Assembly: GCA_964436855.1 (NCBI GenBank) | Contig: CAYTED010000003.1 | Location: 33,393-97,392, forward strand | Direction: 5' to 3' | Origin: an uncultured Bdellovibrionales bacterium | GTDB taxonomy: Bacteria; Patescibacteriota; Minisyncoccia; Moranbacterales; UBA1568 | DNA length: 64,000 nt | Part shown: piece after piece, positions 49,333-58,725 of the stretch | How the letters are laid out: each line of letters starts with the position of its first letter | Numbering within the stretch: the first letter of the stretch is position 1 | Program-made: the position numbers and the translations under genes | Notes under the pieces: generated by a model | Database searches by the model: none | What the model was told of the DNA's origin: nothing | What the model saw: only the letters and a program-made list of their open reading frames with translations

Positions 49333-49613
49333 ATACAATAATACGTGGATAACCTGTGAAAAACTCCTGTATAAATCCTTTCTTTCCTTGTGCACCCTGT
49401 GGATACTTTGTTAAAAAATACTTCAAAAAATTCTCTCCCTGAATATTTTTTCACTTTACCCCCTATTCATTCAGAATAAATCCCCAAAATCTCCCCCTAT
49501 GAATTCCTTATTTTCCCTTTTAATAAAACATTTCACTCACTTTTCCACTTATACACCACACTAATAGTAATAATATTTAATATATATTTAATTAATATTT
49601 ACTTTATAAACAT
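49333..49613. promoter_or_regulatory. oriC: Candidate oriC: DnaA boxes plus AT-rich DNA-unwinding element between dnaA and dnaN
   Basis: CGTGGATAA (49344-49352) and TGTGGATAC (49398-49406) are reverse-complement matches to TTATCCACA at 8/9. CCACTTATACACC is shared with the upstream spacer. 49560-49613 is ~90% A+T. Confidence 0.6.
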
Positions 49614-50765
49614 ATGAAAATTCTTTGTACTCAAGAAAATATTACAAAAGCTATCGGGTCACTCGAGCGAGTAACCGGAAAGCAATCAAGTCTCCCGATT
49701 CTTGCGAATTTTCTCCTGGAAACAAGTAAAGGACGACTGAAGATATCTGCTACTAATCTTGAAATCGGAGTGATTGCGCATATTGGAGCGAAAATCGAGC
49801 GTGAGGGAAAAATTGTGGTTCCGGCAAAACTTTTGAGTAGTTTTATTCATAACCTTCCAGAAGGGGATGTGGTTTCCTTAGAAACGGAAAATCAAACGCT
49901 TCATATCGTGAGCGGGAATTATGATATGAAGATAAAGGGATTTGAATCAAAGGATTTCCCGATCATTCCGCAGTTTGAAGAGGAATATCTCTTTTCCCTT
50001 CCAGCACAGTCGCTCAAAAATGCCCTTTCAAGACTTCTCCCGTGCGTTTCTCTTTCGGATACCCGTATTGAGCTCACGGGAGTGCATATCTTCTTTTTTG
50101 AAAAAGAGCTTCATTTGGCGGCGACGGATAGTTTTCGGCTCGGGGAAGAGATTTTTTCTCTCCAAGATCTTCCGGAAAAGGAAAAATACGATGTGTTCCG
50201 GGAAAAAACCGAAAGCCTTATCTTGCCGGCAACGACGCTTCAGGAAGTCGCCCGGGATATTTTTCCGGAAACAGAACGAGTGGAAATTATGGTTTCTGAA
50301 AATCAAATTTTCTTCCAAATCGGGGATATTCAAATTGTTTCGAGGCTTATCAATGGGAAATATCCGGATTATAAACAGATTATCCCCCAAAACTTCACCT
50401 TTAACGTGGAAATTGAGCGGGAGCTTCTTTTGCGGGCGATCCGGATCGGAAGTATGTTTTCGTCTCAAAGTTCCGGAGAAGTGAGTTTTCGGGTGATTCC
50501 GAACGATGAAATGGTGGTGGTGAAGGCGGTTTCTCGGGAAATCGGAGAAAACACCGTGAAAATACCGGCGAAAATAGAAGGAAATGGAGAAATAACGCTT
50601 ACCTTTAATCCGAGATATATTCTCGATGGGCTTTCGGTGACACATTCTTCAAAAGTGCTTTTCTCTTGCAATACGCCGCAAAGTCCCGCTTCTCTGCGAA
50701 TGGTTGATGAAAAAGGTTCCGTGATTTCCGATTTCCTTTATATTATGATGCCGGTCCGAAAGTGA
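49614..50765 (+). CDS. dnaN: DNA polymerase III beta sliding clamp
   Basis: 383 aa, three-domain clamp; N-terminal MKILCTQENITKAIGSLERV typical. Confidence 0.95.
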   Translation: MKILCTQENITKAIGSLERVTGKQSSLPILANFLLETSKGRLKISATNLEIGVIAHIGAKIEREGKIVVPAKLLSSFIHNLPEGDVVSLETENQTLHIVSGNYDMKIKGFESKDFPIIPQFEEEYLFSLPAQSLKNALSRLLPCVSLSDTRIELTGVHIFFFEKELHLAATDSFRLGEEIFSLQDLPEKEKYDVFREKTESLILPATTLQEVARDIFPETERVEIMVSENQIFFQIGDIQIVSRLINGKYPDYKQIIPQNFTFNVEIERELLLRAIRIGSMFSSQSSGEVSFRVIPNDEMVVVKAVSREIGENTVKIPAKIEGNGEITLTFNPRYILDGLSVTHSSKVLFSCNTPQSPASLRMVDEKGSVISDFLYIMMPVRK

Positions 50766-50868
50766 TACCATGTGATAAATTCATAAGAGTCTGTCATCCC
50801 CGCGAAGGCAGGGATCTAGAATCCACAAATAAACGATTTATTGTAGGGTTAAATTCATCCGGCATACT

Positions 50869-51180
50869 ATGCGAAATCTTTCAGAATATCTTCAAAAAAA
50901 GAATTTTTCCCCGATTGTCGACAGTGGCGAAGAAATTTCTCGCGAAATAGACGACAAAACCGTATTTTCGGTATTCCGAATGGTGATTGAAGGGGAATAC
51001 GGCGCGCGCGGGAAAGAAAATATCGAGCCGCGATTCTATCAGAAGAAAAAACTCTTCGTGAGTTTCCGGAGTTCTCTTTGGGCGAGCGAAGTTTGGCTCA
51101 ATCGCGAGCACCTCAAGAAAAAACTCAACGAAACCCTTGGATTTCAGGGGATCGATGAGATAAAAGTGAGTATGAATTGA
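50869..51180 (+). CDS. dciA: DUF721/DciA-like protein (putative replicative helicase operator)
   Basis: 103 aa; LFVSFRSSLWASEVWLNREHLKKKLNE resembles the DUF721 core; conserved location after dnaN. Confidence 0.55.
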   Translation: MRNLSEYLQKKNFSPIVDSGEEISREIDDKTVFSVFRMVIEGEYGARGKENIEPRFYQKKKLFVSFRSSLWASEVWLNREHLKKKLNETLGFQGIDEIKVSMN

Positions 51181-51273
51181 TAGTTCTAAACTATTGACAA
51201 AAAATTAAAAGAAGTTCATAATTAAATGTTTTATTTAACAATACAAGCATCATTGGCCTAAAGGAGAATTAGC

Positions 51274-52035
51274 ATGAAGCTAAGACTTTGGACAGCAATT
51301 CTTTTGGTGCTATGTCTCGTGCGGATAGACATTATCACCGTTCCATCTCGACCACCGATGTATAGAGATCTAAAATACGTTAAATTTGATCCCAAACACA
51401 ACACCTTTTATGATTACGGGTTAAGTGTTGAAGGGTGGTGTGTGGTAAGTGGTGGTTTTGGTAGGGACCTATGCTCTAGGCCCGACCCTATACCCGCTAA
51501 GGATCAGCTAAAATTCTCTCTTCGAGAGGGAGTGCTAAGGGAGAGGAATTGGTCGTACCTTGTTGGCGCAATATATGTCACACAGAAACGTGTCTTAGAG
51601 CGCCTCTATGATGATATTGAAGGGAAAACGCATTACCTATTTAACTGTGCCGCGCCTCCTTTTACACCGCCAGGCATGAAAGTCGTTATGCATAATGGCA
51701 AGAGATACGCGTGGGACTTTTGTGTTGAGGTGTACTCGCCGCATAGCGAAACAAATAGTGAGTTTGTAAGGGGATATGATTATCTAAAAAAACTCGCCGG
51801 GCGACAGGCGCTAGACGCCACAACACTAGAATATCTTCTCTCAAATCCGTATCTCATACCGCTAAATTGGCGAAAACCAGGAATGCAAATTTTATTCCCT
51901 GGAACGATTTATGGGAATGAATTGGGGGTGTATCACTGTGGTCTACTTTTTAGCACGAATGGTCGGTGGTGCGCTTCGATTGTTCCTCTCGACACTGAAT
52001 GGGCCAACAATGTTGTAGCCGCGATCAAGGTATAA
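51274..52035 (+). CDS. Hypothetical secreted Cys-containing protein in a compositionally atypical cassette
   Basis: Own promoter (TTGACA-17-CATAAT at 51194-51222), strong RBS AAGGAGA and signal peptide. Codon usage is rich in CTA/AGA/AGG/ATA, unlike neighbouring genes. A 10-bp-stem terminator follows. Confidence 0.6.
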   Translation: MKLRLWTAILLVLCLVRIDIITVPSRPPMYRDLKYVKFDPKHNTFYDYGLSVEGWCVVSGGFGRDLCSRPDPIPAKDQLKFSLREGVLRERNWSYLVGAIYVTQKRVLERLYDDIEGKTHYLFNCAAPPFTPPGMKVVMHNGKRYAWDFCVEVYSPHSETNSEFVRGYDYLKKLAGRQALDATTLEYLLSNPYLIPLNWRKPGMQILFPGTIYGNELGVYHCGLLFSTNGRWCASIVPLDTEWANNVVAAIKV

Positions 52036-52040
52036 AAACA

Positions 52041-52080
52041 GCCGTCAAGGAGGGTAACCACCTTGGCGGCCTTTTGTTTG
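52041..52080. terminator. Rho-independent terminator (GCCGTCAAGG...CCTTGGCGGC stem) between the cassette gene and the convergent PBP1A gene
   Basis: 10-bp stem (one G.U) followed by CTTTTGTTTG; A-tract on the other side. Confidence 0.7.
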
Positions 52081-52089
52081 GTCTTCAAC

Positions 52090-54696
52090 TCAATAACTCA
52101 CCGAGACGTTTTTGGAGGATTTTGCTTTGTTGCCGTTCTTATCTTTCACTTCGGCTTCTATTTCAAGCGTGGAATTGTTTTTTTCCGCCGGAATAGAGTA
52201 AGACACCAAGTAGGGCTTGCTCCCGCTTGAGCCGACTTCATTTCCATTCACCCTGTAAGTGACGCTTTCGACGCCATACTCCGCATTGACGCTTGCTTGA
52301 AGCGTGAGAGATGAGGAAGAGGTGCTTCCCGGGACGGAAAGAGAAATCAAGGGGAGATATTTTTTGAAGTCGTCTTGTTCGCATTCATTTTTTGGCGGAT
52401 CATCGACGACGAATTTCTTCCGGTTTTCTTTGTTTTCATACCAGTCTTTCACACCTTTTTCCCATGATTTGTATTGTGAATCGCGGTCGGGTTTGTCCGG
52501 GATCGGTCCCAATGGATCATCGCGGTTCACATAGGAGAGAATGTCGTGTCCGGAAACGAAATCCTTTTTCTCTACGTCTTTATCGCGACAGAATTTATTC
52601 GCGAGGCAGAATTTGTCATCTCCGATTTCACAGACCTTCACGTCTTCTTTCATATCAAGTTTGCCGTTTATCATCGGCTTGTCGACGAGGGTTTTCTCGG
52701 AATCTTTGTTGTCTTTGTCTTCGCCGTCTTTTTTCTCGGTATCGTTGTCTGTTTTGTATTCCGGAAACGATTCGACGGGGGAGTTTTGGAGCGCTTTGTC
52801 AATAAAATTTCGCCAAATCGGTGCGGCGACAACCGAACCATCCGCGCCCGGAGTCATCGCGGCGTTGTCGTTGTTCCCTACCCAGACGCCGACCGCGAGC
52901 GAGGGGGTAAAACCCATTGTCCAGGCATCGCGGAATTCATTTGTCGTTCCGGTTTTCGCGGCAACTTGGCGATTGTCGAAACGAAGCAAATTTTTCTCGC
53001 CGAAAACCGGTGCTCGGTAGTCGTTGGTCGACATTACATGGTCGAGCATCGCGACATATTTTTCATCTACGACGCGTTCCCCCGGGTTTTCTTTGTATTC
53101 CTCGAGCATCGTCCCATCGGTTCCTTCGATGCGGAGAATGGCGGTTTTTTCGCGTTTCACACCGCCTGCTGCGAGGGTCGCATAGGCGTGGGCGTGATCG
53201 ATAAGCTTCACTTCACCGCCACCCAAGACGAGCGAGAGTCCGTATCGATCGGGATAATTGAGCGTCGTGATACCAAGGTCTTTTGCCATTTTGGTTGCGT
53301 CTTTTACGCCAACCAAATAGAGTGTTTTGACCGCGGGAATATTGAGCGATTGCGGAAGTGCTTCTTTCATTGGGATCGGGCCGCGGAATTTTCCATCGTA
53401 ATTCTGCGGTTCGTATTTTTTTTCTTCATTCGTATCGAATTGCGTTGGTGTGTCGTAGAGAAGGGTGTCTGGCGAATAGCCCTTGGTAAACGCGGTAAGG
53501 TAGACATAGGGTTTGATAGAAGAGCCCGGCTGTCGTTCGCGGATGGCGACGTTTACATTGCCGTCGATCGAGGCATCAAAATAGTCTTTTGATCCGACCA
53601 TGGCGAGAATTTGACCGGTTTTCGGGTCGATTGCGACGAGCGCGGCGTTTGAAGCCTTCCATTTCGTTGCATTTTTTTCAACACCTTCGCGCACTGCTTG
53701 CTCGGCGGCCATTTGTTTGTCCCAATCAAGCGTCGTGTATACTTTGAAACCATTTTGTTCGATGGCGAGATCGCCGAATTTTGTCGCGAGGTATTCTTTT
53801 ACGTACATGACGAAGTGCGGCGCGGCGATAATGTCTTTTTGCGGGGAAATTTTTGCGAGAACATCTACAGCGATAGCTTCGTTTGCTTGATCTTCGCCGA
53901 TGTAACCGAGACGCGCCATCGTTTTCAGGGCGACCTCTTGGCGGATTTTGAGTTCATTGGTTCGGGATCCGTACGGGGAATAGCGGCTGGGAGCCTTCGG
54001 GAGCGAGGCGAGGAGCGCCGCTTCGTCGAGGGAGAGATCTTTGGCGGATTTTCCAAAATAAGTTTGCGAGGCCGCTTCGATACCGTAGGCGTTCATTCCA
54101 TACGGGATTTCATTCAAATACATCGCAAGGATCTCGTCTTTCGAGAATTTCTGCTCGATTTCGATCGAGAGAATAGCCTCTTTGATCTTTCGAACGATAG
54201 TTTTCTCATTGGTGAGGAGAGAGTTTTTCACAAATTGCTGGGTGATGGTGGATGCGCCTTGAGCTGCGCCTCGATGGAGGAGATCTTTTAAGGCGGCGCG
54301 GACAATTGAGGTAATTTTAATCCCATGGTGGGAGTAAAAATCTTGATCTTCGAGCGAAAGCGTTGCGGCACGAACAGCTTCTGGCATATCAGAGAAAGGG
54401 ATAACCGTGCGTCGTTCCTCCCCGTGCACTTCGTAGAGGAGGTGCTCGCCGGTGCGGTCGTAGATTTTGGTCGATTCGGCGATAAAGCGCTTGTTTACCT
54501 TGCCGGGACTCGGAAGGTCTTTCGCGACATAGGCAAACACGGCGATTGTCGAGAAGACGCCGATAACAAAGAGAAAAAGAGTGAATTTTACACAAAAACG
54601 AAAGAATTTCCGCCATTTTGAGCGGTTTTTCGGTTTTTCTTCGCGGGGATCTTCATCTCGCGCCTTTTTCGGCCGCAAGAAGTGAATAATGGTCAT
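52090..54696 (-). CDS. Class A penicillin-binding protein (PBP1A: GT51 glycosyltransferase + transpeptidase) with long C-terminal extension
   Basis: N-terminal TM; GT51 motifs (GASTITQQF), transpeptidase SSIKP / KTG motifs; 868 aa. Confidence 0.92.
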   Translation of the reverse strand: MTIIHFLRPKKARDEDPREEKPKNRSKWRKFFRFCVKFTLFLFVIGVFSTIAVFAYVAKDLPSPGKVNKRFIAESTKIYDRTGEHLLYEVHGEERRTVIPFSDMPEAVRAATLSLEDQDFYSHHGIKITSIVRAALKDLLHRGAAQGASTITQQFVKNSLLTNEKTIVRKIKEAILSIEIEQKFSKDEILAMYLNEIPYGMNAYGIEAASQTYFGKSAKDLSLDEAALLASLPKAPSRYSPYGSRTNELKIRQEVALKTMARLGYIGEDQANEAIAVDVLAKISPQKDIIAAPHFVMYVKEYLATKFGDLAIEQNGFKVYTTLDWDKQMAAEQAVREGVEKNATKWKASNAALVAIDPKTGQILAMVGSKDYFDASIDGNVNVAIRERQPGSSIKPYVYLTAFTKGYSPDTLLYDTPTQFDTNEEKKYEPQNYDGKFRGPIPMKEALPQSLNIPAVKTLYLVGVKDATKMAKDLGITTLNYPDRYGLSLVLGGGEVKLIDHAHAYATLAAGGVKREKTAILRIEGTDGTMLEEYKENPGERVVDEKYVAMLDHVMSTNDYRAPVFGEKNLLRFDNRQVAAKTGTTNEFRDAWTMGFTPSLAVGVWVGNNDNAAMTPGADGSVVAAPIWRNFIDKALQNSPVESFPEYKTDNDTEKKDGEDKDNKDSEKTLVDKPMINGKLDMKEDVKVCEIGDDKFCLANKFCRDKDVEKKDFVSGHDILSYVNRDDPLGPIPDKPDRDSQYKSWEKGVKDWYENKENRKKFVVDDPPKNECEQDDFKKYLPLISLSVPGSTSSSSLTLQASVNAEYGVESVTYRVNGNEVGSSGSKPYLVSYSIPAEKNNSTLEIEAEVKDKNGNKAKSSKNVSVSY

Positions 54697-54787
54697 ACAA
54701 GGCTTGTTTAAGGGAAATTTTTATTTTCCACTAAGCCGATTGTACAAGAAAGAAGAGTATTTTTCAAGGTTATTGAACCAATTGCCT

Positions 54788-55726
54788 TTAAGCGGGGAGG
54801 TTAAATATATCTCTCAAAATCGGACGGATAACCATTTGGGGCTGCCCACTTGTTGGGTAATAGTGTATACGAAGATCGGGATATGTATTGGCCTCAAGGA
54901 AGTATACGGACTGCTCTTTCGGTGAAAGGGAAATGTTTTCACAAATAATATCAATTCCGCTTAAATCGAGATTGAGCGCCTTAAGGGATTTCCACGCAAG
55001 AGAGAGAAGCTCCGGGTGCACTTCAGCGGTGCAGTCGCGCGTAGACCCCCCTTCTGAAAGCCGGGAATTTTCTTGAAGACGAACGACCGTATTTTTTTCA
55101 GGGATATTTTTCAGTGTAAGCCCATTCTTTTTCAGTGTTGTCTGAACAGCAGGCGAGAGAATAATTTTTTTTAGAGCATTGATATTTTTCAAATCAATAA
55201 GTTCTTGGATGGTATTTTTTCCATTTCCGATAACGTGAGGGGGAATCATTTGAAGCGCTCCTAAGAGTTTCCCTTTATACAGGAGGAGCCTGTATTCATT
55301 TCCGGTAACCATTTGCTGGACAAGGAAGCTTTTTGAATATGTTTGTGCGACAAGAAAAAGCTCGTCGACACTCTGAATATTCATATGCACATTCATACTT
55401 TTTGATCCGCCGGATTCCTTAGTGATAAGCGGAAAAGAAAGACTGATGGATGTGATAGATTTTTTAAACTCCTCAAAGTTTTTGAAATGATGAAAAGCCG
55501 GGTGAGGAACTCCTTCTTCTTGCCAAAGAGCGTACGAAATCGCCTTGTCTTTTGAAAAACGATAAATTTCCATATAGGGATCGCGCGCTACGGAAAACAA
55601 CTCACATACAAGCAGTGATCTTGATTTATTAAAGATTCGAAATAAATGCTTTGAATCGGAAATAATTTTTGTTTCCAAGCCGAGTGCTGTAGCCTCGGAA
55701 AGAATGAGTTGAGAATTTTTTGTCAT
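54788..55726 (-). CDS. ATP-grasp amidoligase, cyanophycin-synthetase-N-terminal-like
   Basis: ATP-grasp C-terminal half GIDIICENIS...FLEANTYPDLRIHYYPTSGQP resembles the CphA N-terminal ligase domain; no Mur-ligase domain; start at MTKNSQL. Confidence 0.55.
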   Translation of the reverse strand: MTKNSQLILSEATALGLETKIISDSKHLFRIFNKSRSLLVCELFSVARDPYMEIYRFSKDKAISYALWQEEGVPHPAFHHFKNFEEFKKSITSISLSFPLITKESGGSKSMNVHMNIQSVDELFLVAQTYSKSFLVQQMVTGNEYRLLLYKGKLLGALQMIPPHVIGNGKNTIQELIDLKNINALKKIILSPAVQTTLKKNGLTLKNIPEKNTVVRLQENSRLSEGGSTRDCTAEVHPELLSLAWKSLKALNLDLSGIDIICENISLSPKEQSVYFLEANTYPDLRIHYYPTSGQPQMVIRPILRDIFNLPA

Positions 55727-55730
55727 AAAT

Positions 55731-56618
55731 TTATTTTTTTCTGGCACTTGAATATTTAGAGAGTGCATAGTCGATAATAAACGAAGAGGGGTCAATCCCC
55801 GTCACTTCCTTCAGTTTTTTCCATTGAGGAGCGCTGTTTACTTCAAGAACACAATATTTACCATCTTGTTTTTTGATGATATCTACTCCTGCAATCTCAT
55901 AATTCATTACTTGAGCAGCGTCAAGAGCAAGTTTTTTTATTTGCGGCGTTAGGGCGATACGAGACGCCTTTGCGCCAAGAGATGCGTTAGAGCGAAAATC
56001 TCCTTGAAGAATGTGTCGTTTCATTCCGGCAACAACTTGATTGCCGACAACAAAAACCCGAATATCTCCGTCGATAGGAAGGTATTCTTGTAAGAAATAA
56101 CCCCGGTTATTTTTTCTTAAAAATTCTTTTGCCTCTTGAAAATTTTCAAATTTTTTAATGCCATTTCCTTTGCTTCCAAATATTGGCTTTGCGATGATAG
56201 GAAGTCCTATTTTCTCTATTACAAAAGAAAGATCTCGTGCGGATAAGGCCTGTGCGGTTTGCGGATGTGGGATATGGTGTTGATGAAACTGACTCGCTTG
56301 AAATATTTTGTCTCCGAAAAATCCCTCTTTGCCAAGATCGTCATTAACAATGATTTTCTTCTGGTTGAGGAGATATTGAGCAAGGACGGAAACTGCCGGG
56401 CGAACCATTCGGTATCCTCCACGGAAAAGAAAAATATCACAGTCGAGCAAGTTTATATTTTTATAAATAAATACGGGCTCATTTTCTGAAAATGTGATTA
56501 TGATATTCTTCATGCGAACAGGAATCGCAATATGACCTCTTCGGATAATTTCTTCTATGAGGTCTTTGGCGTGTACTCCGGGACGGCCCCCGATAATGGC
56601 AAATTTCAATTTTTTCAT
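55731..56618 (-). CDS. rimK: RimK-family alpha-L-glutamate ligase (ATP-grasp)
   Basis: KPIFGSKGNGI, DIRVFVVGNQVVAGMKR, GDFRSNASLGA, VDIIKKQDGKYCVLEVNSAPQW: canonical RimK motifs; start at MKKLKFAIIGG. Confidence 0.8.
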   Translation of the reverse strand: MKKLKFAIIGGRPGVHAKDLIEEIIRRGHIAIPVRMKNIIITFSENEPVFIYKNINLLDCDIFLFRGGYRMVRPAVSVLAQYLLNQKKIIVNDDLGKEGFFGDKIFQASQFHQHHIPHPQTAQALSARDLSFVIEKIGLPIIAKPIFGSKGNGIKKFENFQEAKEFLRKNNRGYFLQEYLPIDGDIRVFVVGNQVVAGMKRHILQGDFRSNASLGAKASRIALTPQIKKLALDAAQVMNYEIAGVDIIKKQDGKYCVLEVNSAPQWKKLKEVTGIDPSSFIIDYALSKYSSARKK

Positions 56619-56637
56619 ATAACTAAGGGGCGTTGGA

Positions 56638-58047
56638 TTAATTTTTTGAAACATCGATAAGAAATTTCCCGAGATTTTTTCTTCCGATGATAACCGGGTA
56701 TTCGAGTTGTGAGCGATCAACAATAGAAGCTCGGGCTGAAATTTCAATACCATCAAGCAAAAGAGAACACTTCACTTTTGGGCGCAAGCTCACGCCACTT
56801 GATGAGTAGACGACGATAAGATCATCGAGATCCGGGTGCTTTCCGAGGTGTTCTTTTCTGATGTTTGCTTCAAATTCTTTCACGATTTCTCTGGGTATTT
56901 CTACCGGCTTTTTTATGTTTGAAAAATACTCCAATACGGAGGAAAACCCGAGCTCTCTCGCAAGCCCGGTATCAATTGAAGTCGAGTCCGCGCCGGTGTC
57001 GATTTTTGCTTCGACTTCAATCTCTTTTCCATTTTTACCGATAAGCTTTACTTTTTCAACCGTGCCAATGACACGTCGCCCAGAAAGCTCTTCGATTTCT
57101 TCTTCAATTTCACCACCGAAGAGATTCATTCCGAGGCGAACGCCACGCTCAGTTGTTTTAATTTTGATATCCCGAACACGGTCGAGGCGACTCTTTAATC
57201 CATCGAAGTTTGCAAGTTGAATAGAGAGGCCTGGACGTGCATTGAGCTCGAGAATTACGGGGCCGCGATCGCGATCAATCGCTACATCCGCACCAAGAAA
57301 TCCGAGGCCGGAGATTTTCTGCGCGTCAACCGCCATAGTGAGAATTTGTTTCCAATACGGAATTTTGATACCGGAGAGGGCGAGGCGCGTTCCCGGGACG
57401 TGCTCGATAATGGTTCCTTTGCCGACGATAGCGCTTGTTGTGGTACCTGTCGCCATATCGATCCCAACGCCGATCGCGCCCTGCTGGAGATTTGCTTTAC
57501 CGTCGGAGGCGCGTGTTGGAAGTCGGAGCATTGCCATTACCGGTACGGAATTAAAAATGATCACGCGGATGTCGGGGATTCCTTTGAAAGAATATGGCTT
57601 GAAGAGCTTGAGGAGTTTGAGGCGCTCTTCGAAGAAAGCAATGTCGGGTGTGTTAGACAGAGAAAACGATCCATCGAGAATGTTTTGGATATGAATTTTC
57701 AAATCATCAACGGTTACTATTGATCCGTCGGCTTTTACCCAAGCGTCTTCACGGCCCTTCTTCCGCGCATAGACAACGAGAATACCCTCACCGCCGAAAC
57801 CGCGGTTTGGTTTGAGTGCAAAACTATCGGGGAGCCTCGACCAGTCAAACCGATCGAGCTCGTCGTGATTTCGAATTTTTCCGATAAGCCCAGGGACAGG
57901 GAGGCTGGCATCAGAGAGCGTTTTTTTGCAGAGGAGTTTTCGGTCGGCAATTCGCATTCCGCGCTTGCGGTTGAATGGGCGCACATACCCAAGGTTACGT
58001 GCGTTCATCCCGAGCAATTTTCGGCTTTTTCGAAAAAATTCAAACAT
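56638..58047 (-). CDS. RimK-related alpha-L-glutamate-ligase-like ATP-grasp fused to C-terminal retropepsin-like aspartic protease (RimB/DUF785-like)
   Basis: N-terminal GMNARNLGYVRPFNRKRGMRIADRKLLCKKTL and the ATP-grasp core ILELNARPGLS. The C-terminal IGTVEKVKLIGKNGKEIEVEAKIDTGADSTSIDTGLA has a DTGA active site. Confidence 0.65.
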   Translation of the reverse strand: MFEFFRKSRKLLGMNARNLGYVRPFNRKRGMRIADRKLLCKKTLSDASLPVPGLIGKIRNHDELDRFDWSRLPDSFALKPNRGFGGEGILVVYARKKGREDAWVKADGSIVTVDDLKIHIQNILDGSFSLSNTPDIAFFEERLKLLKLFKPYSFKGIPDIRVIIFNSVPVMAMLRLPTRASDGKANLQQGAIGVGIDMATGTTTSAIVGKGTIIEHVPGTRLALSGIKIPYWKQILTMAVDAQKISGLGFLGADVAIDRDRGPVILELNARPGLSIQLANFDGLKSRLDRVRDIKIKTTERGVRLGMNLFGGEIEEEIEELSGRRVIGTVEKVKLIGKNGKEIEVEAKIDTGADSTSIDTGLARELGFSSVLEYFSNIKKPVEIPREIVKEFEANIRKEHLGKHPDLDDLIVVYSSSGVSLRPKVKCSLLLDGIEISARASIVDRSQLEYPVIIGRKNLGKFLIDVSKN

Positions 58048-58068
58048 ACCCGCGTCGGTGAGCGCGAA

Positions 58069-58725
58069 TTAGAGGTACTTGAAAATACGGCGAAATCGCC
58101 AGTATTCCGAGAGACGGAGCCCCGACCATTTGCCGAGGACGATGTTGATTGGGAAAACAAGCAATATCGCCCACGGATAGGCGAGAAGAAACTCTCGAAT
58201 CGATTCGGCACGGATAACGGCGTATCCAGCAAGTGAAATAACAAGTGTTTCGGCGGCGAGAATGAGCGCCACGCGATTTCCTTTCTCAATCTGTGTCGCA
58301 ACAAATTTTTCCGCAAGGGTGATCATAATAAGGAGTGGGAAAATCGAAATCGCCGCGAGGCCGGTGCGTTGAAAGTATCCGCCCGAGACGAGGATGCCGA
58401 GGATGACGAGTGAGATAATCGAGAGTGTGATCGCGACGCGTGGGAGATAGAGGAGACGGAATGGCTTGAGAAGATAGCGCGCGAGCGTCCCGACGGCGAT
58501 GACCGCGATGAAGACGGCGATCCCGTATTTGAGGCCGTTCGGATCGAAAGCGAGAAAAGCGAATGTAACGATCGACGGTGTATAAATGCCAAATGCTTTG
58601 ATGCCGATAACTTGGCGAAAAAACGCAACGAGGGTCGCAACGACTGGAAGAAGCAAAAGGAGTGCGACCGTTTCAAGCGGCACGCCTTCGTTTATGAAAA
58701 AGGTGATAATGGGATGGAGATTCAT
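58069..58725 (-). CDS. Seven-TM membrane protein (7TM module of the type usually fused to an inactive transglutaminase)
   Basis: 218 aa, seven hydrophobic helices; 4-nt overlap with ruvC and directly upstream of the ATP-grasp genes in the same orientation. Confidence 0.5.
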   Translation of the reverse strand: MNLHPIITFFINEGVPLETVALLLLLPVVATLVAFFRQVIGIKAFGIYTPSIVTFAFLAFDPNGLKYGIAVFIAVIAVGTLARYLLKPFRLLYLPRVAITLSIISLVILGILVSGGYFQRTGLAAISIFPLLIMITLAEKFVATQIEKGNRVALILAAETLVISLAGYAVIRAESIREFLLAYPWAILLVFPINIVLGKWSGLRLSEYWRFRRIFKYL

